Under the pieces are notes generated by a model. That model was not told the DNA's origin and searched no databases. It was given only the letters and a program-made list of their open reading frames with translations. Below, in pieces: positions 62,343 to 64,000 of a stretch of DNA of 64,000 nt. The stretch's first letter is position 1; each line of letters begins with the position of its first letter. The DNA comes from an uncultured Verrucomicrobiae bacterium (lineage in GTDB: Bacteria > Verrucomicrobiota > Verrucomicrobiia > Palsa-1439): positions 1 through 64,000 of the forward strand of contig CAWEWF010000009.1 of NCBI GenBank assembly GCA_963812605.1. Direction: 5' to 3'. The translations under genes were made by a program, and so were the position numbers.

Positions 62343-64000
62343 CTAATGGAGTGGATGGTGGAACACCAACAGCAGAACAAAAAAAAGTACAATGAGCAAG
62401 GGAATAAGCAACGTCAGGATTATGCCCTGATATTTGCTCCAGCCTTGTTTCCAAGGGACCTGGGCCTGCAATCGCTCGGCGCGGCCGGTGACGATCACAC
62501 TGTCGGGATTGTCAATCTCGGTCTTCATCTCCGGGGCTGAGGTGTAGCGTTTGGCAGGATCGCGTTCCATCGCGTGCAGGATGATTTCTTCAATTTGCGG
62601 GGACAGTTCCGGGTTTACTTTCCGTGGCGCGATGGGATCGCTAATAAGGCGCGCGTTCATGACAACAAGTGGGTTCTCACCCTCGAAAGGCTGGCGGCCG
62701 GTGAGCATTTCGTAGAGGATGGCCCCGAGGCTGTAGATGTCCGTGCGCGCATCGCCGCGCTTGCCCTTGACCTGTTCGGGCGCCATGTAATCGGGCGTGC
62801 CCATGGCGGGCGTAAAACCGGTGTAGGTGATGCGCCGGCCTTCACCGCCGCGGGCGATGCCGAAGTCCATAAGCCGGATCGTGCCGTCGTAGCACATCAT
62901 GATGTTTTGCGGTTTGAGGTCGCGATGGGTGACGCCCCGTTCGTGCAGGTAAGCGAGCGTGTCGCAGAGGCGGCTGGCGAGTTTCAGCGCGTCAGCAACC
63001 GGCATGGGACGGATGCTGGTGAGGAGGTGGGCGAGCGTGTAGCCGCGCAAGTATTCCGTGACGATGTACGGGCGCGACTTCTTCTCAACGGGAACGAACT
63101 TAAGAGTGCTGGGATGGTTGAGCTTTAAACCGATTTCCTCCTCGCGCTGAAAACGGGCAAAGAAACCAGGGTCACTCTCGAACTGCATGAACGGGACTTT
63201 CACGGCTACCATCTGCTTCGTCTGGCGGTCCGTGGCGCGGTAGATGGTCGCCATGCCGCTGCGGCTGATCATCTCGTGGATAAAGAAGCGGTCGTCGAGA
63301 AGCTGGCCGGCTTCGATCTCGCCGGTGACGGGTTTTTCCGCGGGGGCGCGGTACATCGGCACGCCGCGGTAATAACCGACGGCTTCGATTTCATCGATTT
63401 GAATCACCTGGGCCGAGACGTTGTCCTCCGTGCCGCGTTGTTCCGCGAGCGCGATCAATTGGCGGCAAGCCGGCGCGGGCGCGTAACGGCCGACAATGTT
63501 GCAAATCTCGCCATCTTCCACACAGGAGTGCAGGCCGTCCGAACACAAGACGATCCGGTCGCCCTTCTGGACGGCGACATCTTCGACGTCCACGCGAATC
63601 ACGGGTTCCTGTCCGACACTGCGGGTCAGAATCGAGCGGTTCTCACTGCGCTTCGCATCTTCCTCGGTGATCAAGCCCGAACTTGCGCTGCATGGCGACG
63701 TAGGAATGGTCCGTCGAGATCTGCTTGATCTCACTGCGGCGCACAAGATAGACGCGCGAATCGCCCACATTCCCGACCGTAACATGGTCGTTGCGAAGGA
63801 TGGCGGCGGCAAGCGTGGTGGCCATGCGTTGGGAGCCGTGGTTTCCCATGCCTTTGTCATAGACAGCAAGATTGGCGACATTGAAGATTTGCATGAGCAA
63901 CTGCTGCGGCGTCGTGTCACCCTGGGCTTCCCGAAAGGTCTTCAGTGTTTCCTCAACGGCCAACCGACTGGCGACCTCGCCGTGGCCCTGGCCACCGACG
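62343..64000 (-). CDS. PP2C phosphatase-Ser/Thr kinase fusion with C-terminal TM (5' end outside the window; frameshift near 63672)
   Basis: PP2C motifs GEVAS, MATT, NVGDSRVY, TDHS, LTRSVG, LCSDGL, EDN; kinase motifs VAVK, HRDLKPQN, DFGIA, GTPDYMAPE, TDIYSLG. Confidence 0.9.

Overview
GC-rich bacterial chromosomal window, most consistent with a Verrucomicrobiota-type genome (inferred from GloVer/TIGR03803 repeats, a DUF4032-like small protein and the REP families). It is rich in nitrogen-metabolism genes: glnD, gltBD with a divergent Lrp/AsnC regulator, and a sigma54-type porin-amt-PII operon downstream of a PP2C/Ser-Thr kinase fusion. Housekeeping genes include tkt, aat, queA, rplU-rpmA, trpD, pcm and ferritin. 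It also holds three sensor kinases, a c-di-AMP riboswitch before two tandem KimA-like transporters, two copies of a 150-bp MITE carrying a REP doublet, and many REP hairpins. About ten genes, including glnD and gltB, have single-base frameshifts that are probably sequencing or assembly errors. The best candidates for uncharacterised systems are: (i) a five-gene operon with a circularly permuted SpoIVB/S55 peptidase, an Asp-elbow hydrolase, a beta-propeller and a MacB-type ABC transporter; (ii) an Amt with a remodelled substrate site; (iii) an accessory island (HTH-like protein, AAA ATPase, DEDDh exonuclease, PD-(D/E)XK nuclease); (iv) a stand-alone sigma region-2 protein. All calls come from reading motifs by eye; no searches were run.
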